In this document: piece by piece, positions 26,892 to 35,519 of the stretch
How the letters are laid out: every line of letters starts with the position of its first letter
Position numbering within the stretch: the first letter of the stretch is position 1
DNA from: Bdellovibrionales bacterium
GTDB taxonomy: Bacteria; Bdellovibrionota; Bdellovibrionia; Bdellovibrionales; UBA1609
NCBI GenBank assembly: GCA_965204055.1
Contig: OZ241967.1
Coordinates: 322,144-386,143, forward strand
Direction: 5' to 3'
Length of the DNA stretch: 64,000 nt
Made by a program: the position numbers and the translations under genes
Notes under the pieces: model-generated
Databases searched by the model: none
Seen by the model: only the letters and a program-made list of their open reading frames with translations
What the model was told of the DNA's origin: nothing

Positions 26892-27509
26892 TTAAGCTTT
26901 TTTAGCAGTAGCTTCTTTTTTAGCAGTAGCTACTTCTTTAATTTTATCCTCTTTTTTAAGACGAACCTCCAAAAGTTTTCTATAAAAAACCAGTTTCTTA
27001 GAGGCTTGCCTTGTTTTTATATAAAAAGCTAAAACCTTTTTTCCCCAGTCATCTTTTGGTAAACTATCCTCATTTTTTTTGATAAATTCTTCCAAGTCTA
27101 CATTATACTTCTTAGAAATACCCTCATATTTTCTTTTCCAAAATTTGTGTCTTTTTTCCTGTCTCTCAAGATTTCTGATTATATGAAGTATTGCCTCCGT
27201 AGTTAGTTGCTTTTTTTTAGTTTTCTTTTTTTTGTTCAATACGGGTTTTGATTCAGTTACGGGTTTTGATTCAGTTACGGGTTTTGATTCAGTTACGGGT
27301 TTTGATTCAGTTACGGGTTTTGTTTCTTTTTTATCCTCCATTAGCTTTGATTTAACCACGGGTTTTAGTTCAACCACGAGTTTTGATTCAGCACCCATTT
27401 TTGTTTCTTTTTTATCCTCCATTGGTTTTGGTTCAACATCCATTTTAGGTCTAACACGATGATATGAAGAGACTGGTTGGTTGTTTTGAATATCAACAAT
27501 TCTTTTCAT
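26892..27509 (-). CDS. Lysine-rich hypothetical protein with KPVTES repeats
   Basis: 205 aa. 18-bp tandem repeat x 4.5 at 27241-27330. Basic C-terminus ...ATAKKEATAKKA. Confidence 0.6.
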   Translation of the reverse strand: MKRIVDIQNNQPVSSYHRVRPKMDVEPKPMEDKKETKMGAESKLVVELKPVVKSKLMEDKKETKPVTESKPVTESKPVTESKPVTESKPVLNKKKKTKKKQLTTEAILHIIRNLERQEKRHKFWKRKYEGISKKYNVDLEEFIKKNEDSLPKDDWGKKVLAFYIKTRQASKKLVFYRKLLEVRLKKEDKIKEVATAKKEATAKKA

Positions 27510-27702
27510 ACTACCTCCTATTTTTTTGTTTAATGGTTTGGTTGTCTTGCTTTATAAATAAGTACTCCCATAAAAGTCAAGGGTGGCAAAAAAAAATAAA
27601 AGAAGAGAACTGCTGTTCAGAGTGCTAAATTTTATCACAAATAGAAAATCACATCTTGTAATAAAATAACGCATAATGCTAAAAACTATTAGTAAGTTTT
27701 GA

Positions 27703-27731
27703 TTGCAGAACCATCTCCTAAGTGATACAAT
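27703..27731 (+). promoter_or_regulatory. Promoter module P1 (TTGCAG-17-TACAAT) with conserved spacer ATCTCCTAAGTGA
   Basis: -35 at 27703-27708 and -10 at 27726-27731. The same module recurs at 27771 and 29350. Confidence 0.55.
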
Positions 27732-27770
27732 GTTCCAATTTTCTGCACTTTAATGTATTTGCTGTTTTGG

Positions 27771-27799
27771 TTGTAGGGCTATCTCCTAAGTGATAAAAT
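27771..27799 (+). promoter_or_regulatory. Promoter module P2 (TTGTAG-17-TAAAAT), same spacer
   Basis: -35 at 27771-27776 and -10 at 27794-27799. Lies about 100 nt upstream of the Dam-like gene. Confidence 0.55.
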
Positions 27800-27895
27800 A
27801 TAAGCGACATATACGACACAAAACCCCACTAAAGCTATGTAAAAACTTTGTTTTTGGGGTTTATCGAGATTGATGGAATATTTTGAAAAAGGCCT

Positions 27896-29011
27896 GTGAA
27901 TAAGTATATACTGGTCTTTCCATCTTTTTTTGAGGGGGTAAATGTGGCAAAAAGAAAGGACCTTTTAGAGGCCACCAAGGAGCTAGAAAAAGCTCAAATT
28001 GTTATTAGGAAAATCCAGGATCCCATTCAGGCAATGGAGGCCAAAATCATGTTGGCCACCCTTCAAAATCTTTTCTATAAGCGGTGGGAGTTTAAAAATG
28101 CTTTTAAAGCCAGTGAATTGTGGGTTGAGGCCGATCGCAAGCTTTTTACAATGCTTTCTCAGCCTGGGCGGAGTCTTGCAGAGCTTTCAAAATCTTTAGG
28201 AGCTACCTTTAGTGCTCTTCAGAACCTTAAATATGATTTAAAGCGAGCTTATGATAAATCGGAGGAGGAGCTTCAGAGTTTAAAGAAAAAGGCTTTTGAT
28301 TTGGGAGTTTTATTAACTCGTCAGTTTTTTATTCAGCATGGGAAGGGTGTTTTTAGCACCGGTGAACAGGAATGGTATACGCCTCCGTGGGTATATGAGA
28401 GGGCAAGGCATATTATGGGCAGTATTGATTTAGACCCAGCCAGTTCTAAAGAGGCTCAAAATATGGGGAATAAGGCTAAGCGGTATTTCACAAAAGAGGA
28501 TTCTGCCTTAAAGAAGGAGTGGGGGATTTGTGGGAATGTTTTTATTAATCCACCTCATACATTAGATAATGGAAAAAGCGGGGCGATTGCTTTTTTAAAA
28601 AAGCTCATGTCTTCCCATTATAGACAGGCTATCCTTGTCCTTTTAGAGGATTCAGGCACAAGTTACGGACAACTTTTGTGGCCTATTTGTTCTGCCGTGT
28701 TTATTCCAAAAGGAAAATTACATTTTATTTTCGAAGGAGAAGAAGAAGTTGGAAAATCTACAACCTGGTCGACATTGGTTTTTGGAATAGGTGTTGATAC
28801 CTTAAAGTTTTGGCTGGCTTTTAAGGATTTTGGGGAGGTGGTAAGTAAATATAAACATGCCAACCAGCTTTATGTTGAGGCGGAGGAGCGGAGTAAAGCA
28901 CTTAAGCTTTGGCTTAAAAAACTTGAGACATTGCCAAAGCGTCCTCTTGAGACATTGCCAAAGCGTCCTGTGGATCAGATTCAAAAGCCTAAATCATTAG
29001 CACAGCTATGA
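27896..29011 (+). CDS. Phage-type DNA N6-adenine methyltransferase-like protein (Dam, PF05869-like) with NPPH variant motif
   Basis: EWYTPPWVYERARHIMGSIDLDPASS...KRYFTKEDSALKKEWGICGNVFINPPH follows the phage Dam family pattern. About 150 aa of helical N-terminal extension. C-terminal LETLPKRP x 2. The start is uncertain (GTG 27896 or GTG 27941). Confidence 0.7.
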   Translation: MNKYILVFPSFFEGVNVAKRKDLLEATKELEKAQIVIRKIQDPIQAMEAKIMLATLQNLFYKRWEFKNAFKASELWVEADRKLFTMLSQPGRSLAELSKSLGATFSALQNLKYDLKRAYDKSEEELQSLKKKAFDLGVLLTRQFFIQHGKGVFSTGEQEWYTPPWVYERARHIMGSIDLDPASSKEAQNMGNKAKRYFTKEDSALKKEWGICGNVFINPPHTLDNGKSGAIAFLKKLMSSHYRQAILVLLEDSGTSYGQLLWPICSAVFIPKGKLHFIFEGEEEVGKSTTWSTLVFGIGVDTLKFWLAFKDFGEVVSKYKHANQLYVEAEERSKALKLWLKKLETLPKRPLETLPKRPVDQIQKPKSLAQL

Positions 29012-29046
29012 AAAGTGTTGTCATATTTTTTCTTATTACTTTATTT

Positions 29047-29203
29047 ACTTCTCCGTGATAAACCCCATTCATCTCTAAACTGAAAAGCCAAGTTGTTTGG
29101 CCAACTGCAAAGCCAAGTACTTGGCTTTGCAGACCCTTGAAAGCGGGTATCCAGAACCTAAACTGAAAGCCTAAAAGGCTTTCAGCCTTTTTCAAGTAGG
29201 AAT
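29047..29203. mobile_element. MITE-like element (hybrid A/B core, degenerate right end)
   Basis: Left end ACTTCTCCGTGATAAAC. Contains CTGCAAAGCCAAGTACTTGGCTTTGCAG and GAAAGCGGGTATCC. Right end CTTTTTCAAGTAGGAAT. Confidence 0.55.
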
Positions 29204-29349
29204 CCAATCAAAATCTTGGCTGACAGTCCATACAAAAACTGCCTTGTTATGTCTTTTTGATTGTGAGTTGTTTAAAACCCTGCTCAAATGTCTACAAAGC
29301 TCTTATCAGAGCCTATTCCTTAATACAGACCCTAATAATTTGTATTTGA

Positions 29350-29378
29350 TTGCAGGACAATCTCCTAAGTGATAAAAC
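29350..29378 (+). promoter_or_regulatory. Promoter module P3 (TTGCAG-17-TAAAAC), same spacer
   Basis: -35 at 29350-29355 and -10 at 29373-29378. Lies about 310 nt upstream of the ATPase gene, with a MITE in between. Confidence 0.5.
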
Positions 29379-29540
29379 ACCAGTGGTTAAAACACGCCGA
29401 GGAACAGGATTGACTTGAGACCACTGTCAGCCCTGAATACTCGTATAAAAAAAGGTTTTTATTACTTTTATCTGTAAAATCTTAAAAATAGCTTAATTAT
29501 TGACGATGAGTAAATTAAAGGGTTAAAAGTAGGTAACCTT

Positions 29541-29662
29541 AATTCCCTGTGAAACTGGTTCTTGCAACAAAGTAAACAGGGCTGATTTTGCCCTAAAACG
29601 GACGAGATTCCCTCTTCAGGTGCGGGACTGATAAAAAAATAAAGGGTTGTTCACGGGGGAAT
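29541..29662. mobile_element. MITE-like element (core type A, degenerate ends)
   Basis: AATTCCCTGTGAAACTGG...GCAACAAAGTAAACAGGGCTGATTTTGCCC...GGTTGTTCACGGGGGAAT. Sits in the 5' leader of the 29688 gene. Confidence 0.55.
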
Positions 29663-29687
29663 AATCAGTAAAAAGGTAGAAATTCAA

Positions 29688-31193
29688 ATGGAATTTAAAG
29701 TAAAAATTGATAATATTGGCAAATTGAACAAAGCTAATCTTTTGGTGCGCCCTTTAACTGTGTTGGCCGGACCTAATAATACCGGAAAAAGCTTTTTCTC
29801 CAAAACCCTTTACTCTGTTTTTTCTTCTCTAAATACTGAGCCTGTAATGGCGGAAATGGAGTATCACTTAAGACCATTGCAAAAATTATCAGAAAGAATG
29901 ATATTTTTTATAGAGAGAAGAACCAGTATAGAGAGAAGAATCAGTACAGGGACCAGATTGAAAGAGCCTGGAAAAGAAGACAACCAAATACAATCAATAA
30001 AAAAACAGATAAAAGGTTTACGCAAACTTTTTATCAATAAACCAGTTTGTCATTCTATGGAAGATTACCCTAAAGCTATAGAGTTTTTAGATAGAGCTAT
30101 TAATTTATATATGCCTCTATTGTCTGCCTTTGAAGACTTGATTAAAAATTCCGATCAGAAAAGTGAAATGCTTAGTAGTAACATGAACATGCTTCGCGAA
30201 ATGGAAAAAAATATTGCCTCTTTAAAAGTAATTAGACAATCTCCAGTAGAAAAAATATTTTCTGATGGTTTTAACAGGATTTTGAATAACAATCTAAACG
30301 GAAATTTTCAAATTCCTTACCTGGAAAAATTGATAAGGGATCCACAAAAACCAGCCATCATCGATATTGAAGAAATAGGTAAAATAACTATTGATAGAAA
30401 TATACCTACAAGCGACATTGACTCTGAAAAACATAATTTTTCTGAGGATTCTAAGGAAAAGACCCATAAGCACTTAGCAAAAAGCCGTAGGTACTTAGAA
30501 AGAATTGTAGCAGGTGGCTTTAAATTTAGTGCGAAAATTTCTTTTTCTGGATTTGCAAAATTGCAGGATAAATCAAAAACTATATATCTGGAATCTCCCT
30601 CACATTGGAAATTGCGTAATGCTTTGTTGCGTGTGCATCATCCCGGGATTTTTTCTTATAGCAGAAGAAAAAGCTTGTTGGTTCCAAAATATTTTAATGA
30701 TTTAAACTTTATGCTTATGGAGGAGTTATCGGGTGATATAGCTTTCCCAGAAATATTTGAAAGACTAACTAAAGAGCTTATTAAAGGTAAAATTTCTGCT
30801 ACTGAATCCGGTGATCTGCAATTTAGGGAGAGCAAAACAGGAAAGTCACACAGCCTTCCTCTAACAGCTACAGGCATTGTGCAGTTTGGCTTATTAGCTT
30901 TATTGATAGAGAAAAAAGTGTTGGATAAAGGGACTGTCCTTTTTATTGATGAACCTGAAACTAATCTGCATCCTGCCTGGCAAGTGGAAATGATGCGAGT
31001 CCTTTTTGAGCTGGCAAAAGCGGGAGGACATGTAATATTGGCTACTCATAGTGTGGATATGTTAAAATGGTTAGAGGTGCATTTAAAAAACCATCCTGAA
31101 GACATGAAGTTAATTTCCTTGAATCAAATGGTTGCTCAAGAAGATGGCACAGCCTCTGTAGAGCATTCTGATGAAGATGTGTCGGTTTTTTGA
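29688..31193 (+). CDS. ABC-type (AAA_21/AAA_15-like) ATPase, stand-alone
   Basis: Walker A LAGPNNTGKS, about 330 aa of helical insert, signature-like LPLTATGIVQFG, Walker B/D-loop VLFIDEPETNLHP, H-loop LATHS. Ends at tandem TGA TGA. Confidence 0.8.
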   Translation: MEFKVKIDNIGKLNKANLLVRPLTVLAGPNNTGKSFFSKTLYSVFSSLNTEPVMAEMEYHLRPLQKLSERMIFFIERRTSIERRISTGTRLKEPGKEDNQIQSIKKQIKGLRKLFINKPVCHSMEDYPKAIEFLDRAINLYMPLLSAFEDLIKNSDQKSEMLSSNMNMLREMEKNIASLKVIRQSPVEKIFSDGFNRILNNNLNGNFQIPYLEKLIRDPQKPAIIDIEEIGKITIDRNIPTSDIDSEKHNFSEDSKEKTHKHLAKSRRYLERIVAGGFKFSAKISFSGFAKLQDKSKTIYLESPSHWKLRNALLRVHHPGIFSYSRRKSLLVPKYFNDLNFMLMEELSGDIAFPEIFERLTKELIKGKISATESGDLQFRESKTGKSHSLPLTATGIVQFGLLALLIEKKVLDKGTVLFIDEPETNLHPAWQVEMMRVLFELAKAGGHVILATHSVDMLKWLEVHLKNHPEDMKLISLNQMVAQEDGTASVEHSDEDVSVF

Positions 31194-31400
31194 TGAAATT
31201 CGCTCTATTTTGGTAAAAAAATCTATGGAGCGGTGGCCTATTTAAAGCTTTATCAATCCGCAGACATATATGCTATGAGAAAAGGGTTGTTTGGGCTACG
31301 GGGAACAGGGGACAGCGCGCGTATTATCAATAATGAAAATTTTAAACCAGTGGATTTTTCCTCTGTCAGCTAAAAACAACAATAAAGGGTTTTATTCAAA

Positions 31401-31919
31401 ATGAATGCAGGACAATTTTATTATGTTCATAATGTGCTGGGGGTATCTACTGTTATTCAGCCTGAGGGGGTTCGTTCAGCCTATCGCCTGCATAATAATT
31501 CTATAGAAAAACCTGATTTTATATTTTTTTGCGAACAAATAAAAACTGTAGAAGATAAAATATTGATCCAAAAAATCGCAAAAGCTATTGGTTCTTCCAG
31601 AGAATTAATTATAGAGGTTTTAAATAGAAGTGGTTTTATATCTAAAAATGGCACTATATTGGATAACCTTCTCACTCGTATTCTCCCTAAAGGTTTTGTC
31701 ATTTTTGGACAAAGCTTATCTCAGTATTTGATAGGCAATCGGGCAGGAAACTCGGACGGAAAAATTAGTCGGTTACTATTTTTAAGCACGCAAGAAACTT
31801 TGTCTGTTCCCGGATGTGTGTTAAGTCCACTAAATAATTTTACGGGTTTGAACTCAGCAGAAGTGCAAAAAACAAAACAACATGCGTGGACTATCCTCAA
31901 GAAAGTTTTTCCACAATAA
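31401..31919 (+). CDS. Hypothetical protein (172 aa), candidate partner of the ATPase
   Basis: ORF with no diagnostic motif. Its layout is loosely reminiscent of small alpha/beta proteins such as DNA pol III psi (very weak). Confidence 0.5.
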   Translation: MNAGQFYYVHNVLGVSTVIQPEGVRSAYRLHNNSIEKPDFIFFCEQIKTVEDKILIQKIAKAIGSSRELIIEVLNRSGFISKNGTILDNLLTRILPKGFVIFGQSLSQYLIGNRAGNSDGKISRLLFLSTQETLSVPGCVLSPLNNFTGLNSAEVQKTKQHAWTILKKVFPQ

Positions 31920-32113
31920 ATCATACCATCCTGATTTATATAATTATGTTTGTATTGAGGAAATTAGGCGAGCCTGTTGGGATTACTGTGGAGCAGGTAT
32001 AGGGCATTGCACTTTGGAGCTTTTTTGTATCGCAAACTCCTGTGCATATTATTCAAAACCATTGGAATTTAAAGAAGTGCGGAGGTGAACAAGGTTTTTC
32101 ACTAACCACTACT

Positions 32114-33274
32114 TTACTCTAAAAAAATAGATTTGAGGGCGGTTTTCCAAAATAAACACTCTATCCCCTGGATCCTCTTGTCGGTTTTATCCTGTGACCA
32201 CACTTGAGCTTGGTGGTTTTCCGGCCAGTCTTTTTTTAAACGAGATAATGTTTTAACATGTTTTTCCTGAATACTGTTTGTAGACTTAATTTCCACCAGA
32301 AGATCCGGTTTTCCAGGTCTTTCCATAATCAGATCCACCTCTTGCCCCTCTTTAGTTCTTAAGTGGTAAAAATTAAAGTCTTTTCTGGAGTATTCATTCA
32401 AGTAAAAGCATTCCAATATCATTCTATGCTCAAAGGCGTCTCTATAAGCATGAGTCCTTTCCATAAGCGGGATGTTGACTTGTTTGTCTAAAGCTCTCTT
32501 GACACCTGTATCAAAAAAATAAAACTTAGGAGATAAAACATGCTGTTTGCGAAAAGATCTATGATAAGCAGGAAGGAAAAAACCTAAGAGGGTGTCTTCT
32601 AAAACAGAAAAATAATTTTTAACGGTTTTGCTATCTGCCCTTATATCTCCTGCGATATGGGAATAGTTGACAATTTTTCCGTTTTGTTGGCTTGCCACCC
32701 TAAGAAAATCTCGAAAAGGATTTAATTTCCTGATAATTTGTTCCAAAACAATTTCTTCTTTTAAATAGGTTTGCGTATAGCTTTTTAAAAAATCTATTTT
32801 ATCCTGCTTTGTTTTTTTGTTCAAAGTTTCCGGCAAAGAACCAAACTCTAATATATCGTGGATGCTTGTGTTCGCGCTTAATTCAAAAACGGAAAAAGGG
32901 AATAGATAATAGGAAAAAGCTCGACCAGCCAACAGATTGCCAGAACCTCGTTTTAATTTACGCGCGCTGGAACCTGTTAAAACAAATTGAATATGAGGTT
33001 TTTCGCGCATTAATTTTTGCACAATATCCAACAGCTTAGGCACTTTTTGAATTTCATCAATAACCACCTTTTTATAGTGTTTTTGATTTAAGATCAAAAG
33101 TAATTCATCTGGGTTTTGAGAAAACTTTTCCTCTTCCTCATAAAGCAAAAGATCTATCCACAAAGTATTGGGAGAGCGATACCGGCTTTCTATAAGAGTA
33201 GATTTTCCAGTTCCTCTGGCTCCAAATAGGAAAAAGCTGTTATTTGAGTTAAGTTCAGGCATTCTCTGTATCAT
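32114..33274 (-). CDS. AAA+ ATPase with DUF4143-type C-terminal domain (paralogue B)
   Basis: FLFGARGTGKS, VVIDEIQKVPK, LTGSSARKLKR, C-terminal GQEVDLIMERPGKPDLLVEIKS. Confidence 0.8.
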   Translation of the reverse strand: MIQRMPELNSNNSFFLFGARGTGKSTLIESRYRSPNTLWIDLLLYEEEEKFSQNPDELLLILNQKHYKKVVIDEIQKVPKLLDIVQKLMREKPHIQFVLTGSSARKLKRGSGNLLAGRAFSYYLFPFSVFELSANTSIHDILEFGSLPETLNKKTKQDKIDFLKSYTQTYLKEEIVLEQIIRKLNPFRDFLRVASQQNGKIVNYSHIAGDIRADSKTVKNYFSVLEDTLLGFFLPAYHRSFRKQHVLSPKFYFFDTGVKRALDKQVNIPLMERTHAYRDAFEHRMILECFYLNEYSRKDFNFYHLRTKEGQEVDLIMERPGKPDLLVEIKSTNSIQEKHVKTLSRLKKDWPENHQAQVWSQDKTDKRIQGIECLFWKTALKSIFLE

Positions 33275-33571
33275 ATTCCTAAATTATCGGCTGTTTTTGG
33301 AATATAGTCCACTTTTTTTATACTTTTTTCTTCATTATCTCATCTTTTAGCAATCAGAATGGAATGGAAAAAGAGAAAAAACATACCAGGTAAGACAAGT
33401 AAAACTTGCTTTACAAAAAGTTAAAAGAAATAAATAGGGAGAAAACATGAAAGAAATTAAAAAACTAATCAACCAGTATTCCTATCATATTGTGTATAAT
33501 ATTTAATTTATAATAAACAAACTGTAAAAAACGGCTATCCTCTATCAAAAGGAAGAGAAAGAGTTGATACT

Positions 33572-33835
33572 TTACTTCTTAAGGCCCAAGCATTTTTGGT
33601 AATCTGTGTCGCATTGCTTGAGTTTTTGATTAAAATTTCCTGCAGACCAATTAGGATCGGTAAGCATTTTTTTCACACAGGCGGAATCCCCTACACCACA
33701 AGAAGATTTATTGGCTTGACTGTTACACTCTGTTTGTTCTTTGTTGCACTTATCCAACACATCATCAGGCACTGAGGAAGAACATCCTAAAAAAAACAGT
33801 CCAATAAAAAACAAGAGTACGAAGATGAATTTCAT
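33572..33835 (-). CDS. Small Cys-rich lipoprotein
   Basis: MKFIFVLLFFIGLFFLGC lipobox. Eight Cys residues in the mature part. The track ORF start at 33922 is judged an extension. Confidence 0.55.
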   Translation of the reverse strand: MKFIFVLLFFIGLFFLGCSSSVPDDVLDKCNKEQTECNSQANKSSCGVGDSACVKKMLTDPNWSAGNFNQKLKQCDTDYQKCLGLKK

Positions 33836-33939
33836 TTGTGCTCCCTTTGTGTCTCCTGCTGGTTTTTTATTGTGCCAACTAATTAGCCGGTCCTGCATAT
33901 CTACCAGAGCAGGAAAAAGCATTTATTCAGGATGATGAA

Positions 33940-34713
33940 CTACATATATTGCTCAAAATGTAAAAACACCTCGTAAAGCCATTTATGTTGACCTCCACAT
34001 TGGTAATCCCCCTGGCCCCCTTGAGCTCCTTCACACCGATCTTCGTTGTATTTAAAAAGCCTCCAATAAGTGTCATATCGATCGGGGTCTGGATCCCATC
34101 CTCCCCGGTCATGCCAATCCAAAGCTAACCGGCTGTAAGCTCGATAAAGCCCTTTTTGTCCTGCATCTAAGTAAAGGTGATAAGCTATATCCGTGTTGCG
34201 AGACACACCAATACCTTCCTTATAAAAGTGAGCCAACCGGGCTTGAGATCGAAGAGAACCTTTGTCACTCAACACCGCTTGCTGGCAATATTCAAAAGCT
34301 TTAGTCAGATCTTTTTCGATACCATCTGTATCGTGTAATCCTCCGTATAAGTAAATAAGACATTGTTGATGAAGGGCAGGGACATATTCTTGTTCCGCAG
34401 ATGCATTATACCACTTAATAGCTGACTTAGTTTCTGATTGGCTGGCAAAAAAAGCACCATAAACATACATAGCTTTTTCGTGTCCCTTTTCGCTGGCTAT
34501 TTTAATATATTTTTCCCCATTTTCCCTGTCATCAACATGGAAATGGGCCAAAGCCAGCTGATAAGCAGACTCCGCATTGCCCCCTTCCGCAGAGGATATA
34601 AGGTTTTGTGTAATAGATTTGACCTGAGCGTCTATCCGCCGTGCACTACTTATAGAGTCCAATGTGTAGGCAGAAAAACAAAGGAAAAACAAAAGTAAAG
34701 AAAAAAACTGCAT
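33940..34713 (-). CDS. Sel1-like repeat (SLR) protein, secreted
   Basis: GGAGGGG RBS, then MQFFSLLLFFLCFSAYT. Repeated SLR units (AESAYQLALAHFHVDD, GHEKAMYVYGAFF, AIKWYNASAEQEY, ARLAHFYKEGIGV, AYHLYLDAGQKG). Confidence 0.75.
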   Translation of the reverse strand: MQFFSLLLFFLCFSAYTLDSISSARRIDAQVKSITQNLISSAEGGNAESAYQLALAHFHVDDRENGEKYIKIASEKGHEKAMYVYGAFFASQSETKSAIKWYNASAEQEYVPALHQQCLIYLYGGLHDTDGIEKDLTKAFEYCQQAVLSDKGSLRSQARLAHFYKEGIGVSRNTDIAYHLYLDAGQKGLYRAYSRLALDWHDRGGWDPDPDRYDTYWRLFKYNEDRCEGAQGGQGDYQCGGQHKWLYEVFLHFEQYM

Positions 34714-34884
34714 AACAACCCCTCCTTTTTTATGAGTATATTGGCAAATGGCCAAATATAAAAATTTCATTAAAGTTTTTATAGACTCTTGCGACTAAGG
34801 TCGTGGTGCTCTGCCGGTTGTCCACACAAGTAATATAACCAGTATAAAACTATAGTTTTTTTTATAATTCAATTTTATTATTAT

Positions 34885-34922
34885 CTCCCCCTTGGGCCTT
34901 GTGGCCACTGGGGGGAGTTTTT
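34885..34922 (+). terminator. GC-rich hairpin followed by a T-run (terminator-like)
   Basis: CTCCCCC-TTGGGCCTTGTGGCCACT-GGGGGAG then TTTTT. Its orientation relative to the flanking minus-strand genes is odd. Confidence 0.3.
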
Positions 34923-34981
34923 CTTATTGTGGAATAACCCTTATAATTTATCTTCCCGGAATAATCAGCCAGACGATTTTG

Positions 34982-35317
34982 TTATTTGTTTTTTATTAGA
35001 TGATCAAATAGCTTATCAAGACGACTATCTATCTTATTAAAGCGATTATTCATATCATTAAAGCGATTATTCATATCATTAAAGCGATTATTCATATCAT
35101 TAAAGCGATTATTCATATCATTTTCTATCTTATTAAAGCGATTATTCATATCATTGGTAAGGTGATCAATTTTCTTATTTGTGTCTGTAATATGATTATT
35201 AAGATGTTTTTCTACATAATTTATTTTTTGTCCCATTTTAACAAGATAAATTATAATAAACACAATCCCGATAGGGATAGATTGATCAAAAAAAGCTGAT
35301 ATGTCTGATAAGCTCAT
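34982..35317 (-). CDS. Small membrane coiled-coil protein with DMNNRFN heptad repeats
   Basis: TM helix IPIGIVFIIIYLV, then 5 x DMNNRFN. Four perfect 21-bp units at 35037-35120. Confidence 0.65.
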   Translation of the reverse strand: MSLSDISAFFDQSIPIGIVFIIIYLVKMGQKINYVEKHLNNHITDTNKKIDHLTNDMNNRFNKIENDMNNRFNDMNNRFNDMNNRFNDMNNRFNKIDSRLDKLFDHLIKNK

Positions 35318-35519
35318 ATTTTCATTAAAACATTATATATCCTAAAAGTAAAAGAAAAAGTTAGGGATGTTCTGAAATAGCCCCCCGGTCGAGCGCGTGC
35401 TGGTCTTCTTATTTTTTTGCTCCAGCAAATAGGTCTATTTTTACCCAGTTCTCAGATTAAAATCTTTTTTTATCCAATTTTACAGTTATTTAATTTTTAG
35501 AAGTCAAGATGTCATTTTG

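Noticed and set aside
26800-29100. Prophage remnant call based on the phage-type Dam-like gene
   Set aside because: No integrase, structural, lysis or att-like features are nearby. One phage-family gene plus a basic repeat protein is insufficient.
31191-31196. TGA read as a sense codon (alternative genetic code) to extend the ATPase ORF
   Set aside because: Other well-defined genes in the window (exbB, hsdM) end naturally at TGA, so TGA is a stop here. The open tail is better explained as a relic.
33927-34698. ORFs 33927-34112 (-) and 34438-34698 (+) overlapping the Sel1 gene
   Set aside because: They overlap a gene that has a signal peptide, an RBS and repeated SLR motifs, and they have no features of their own.
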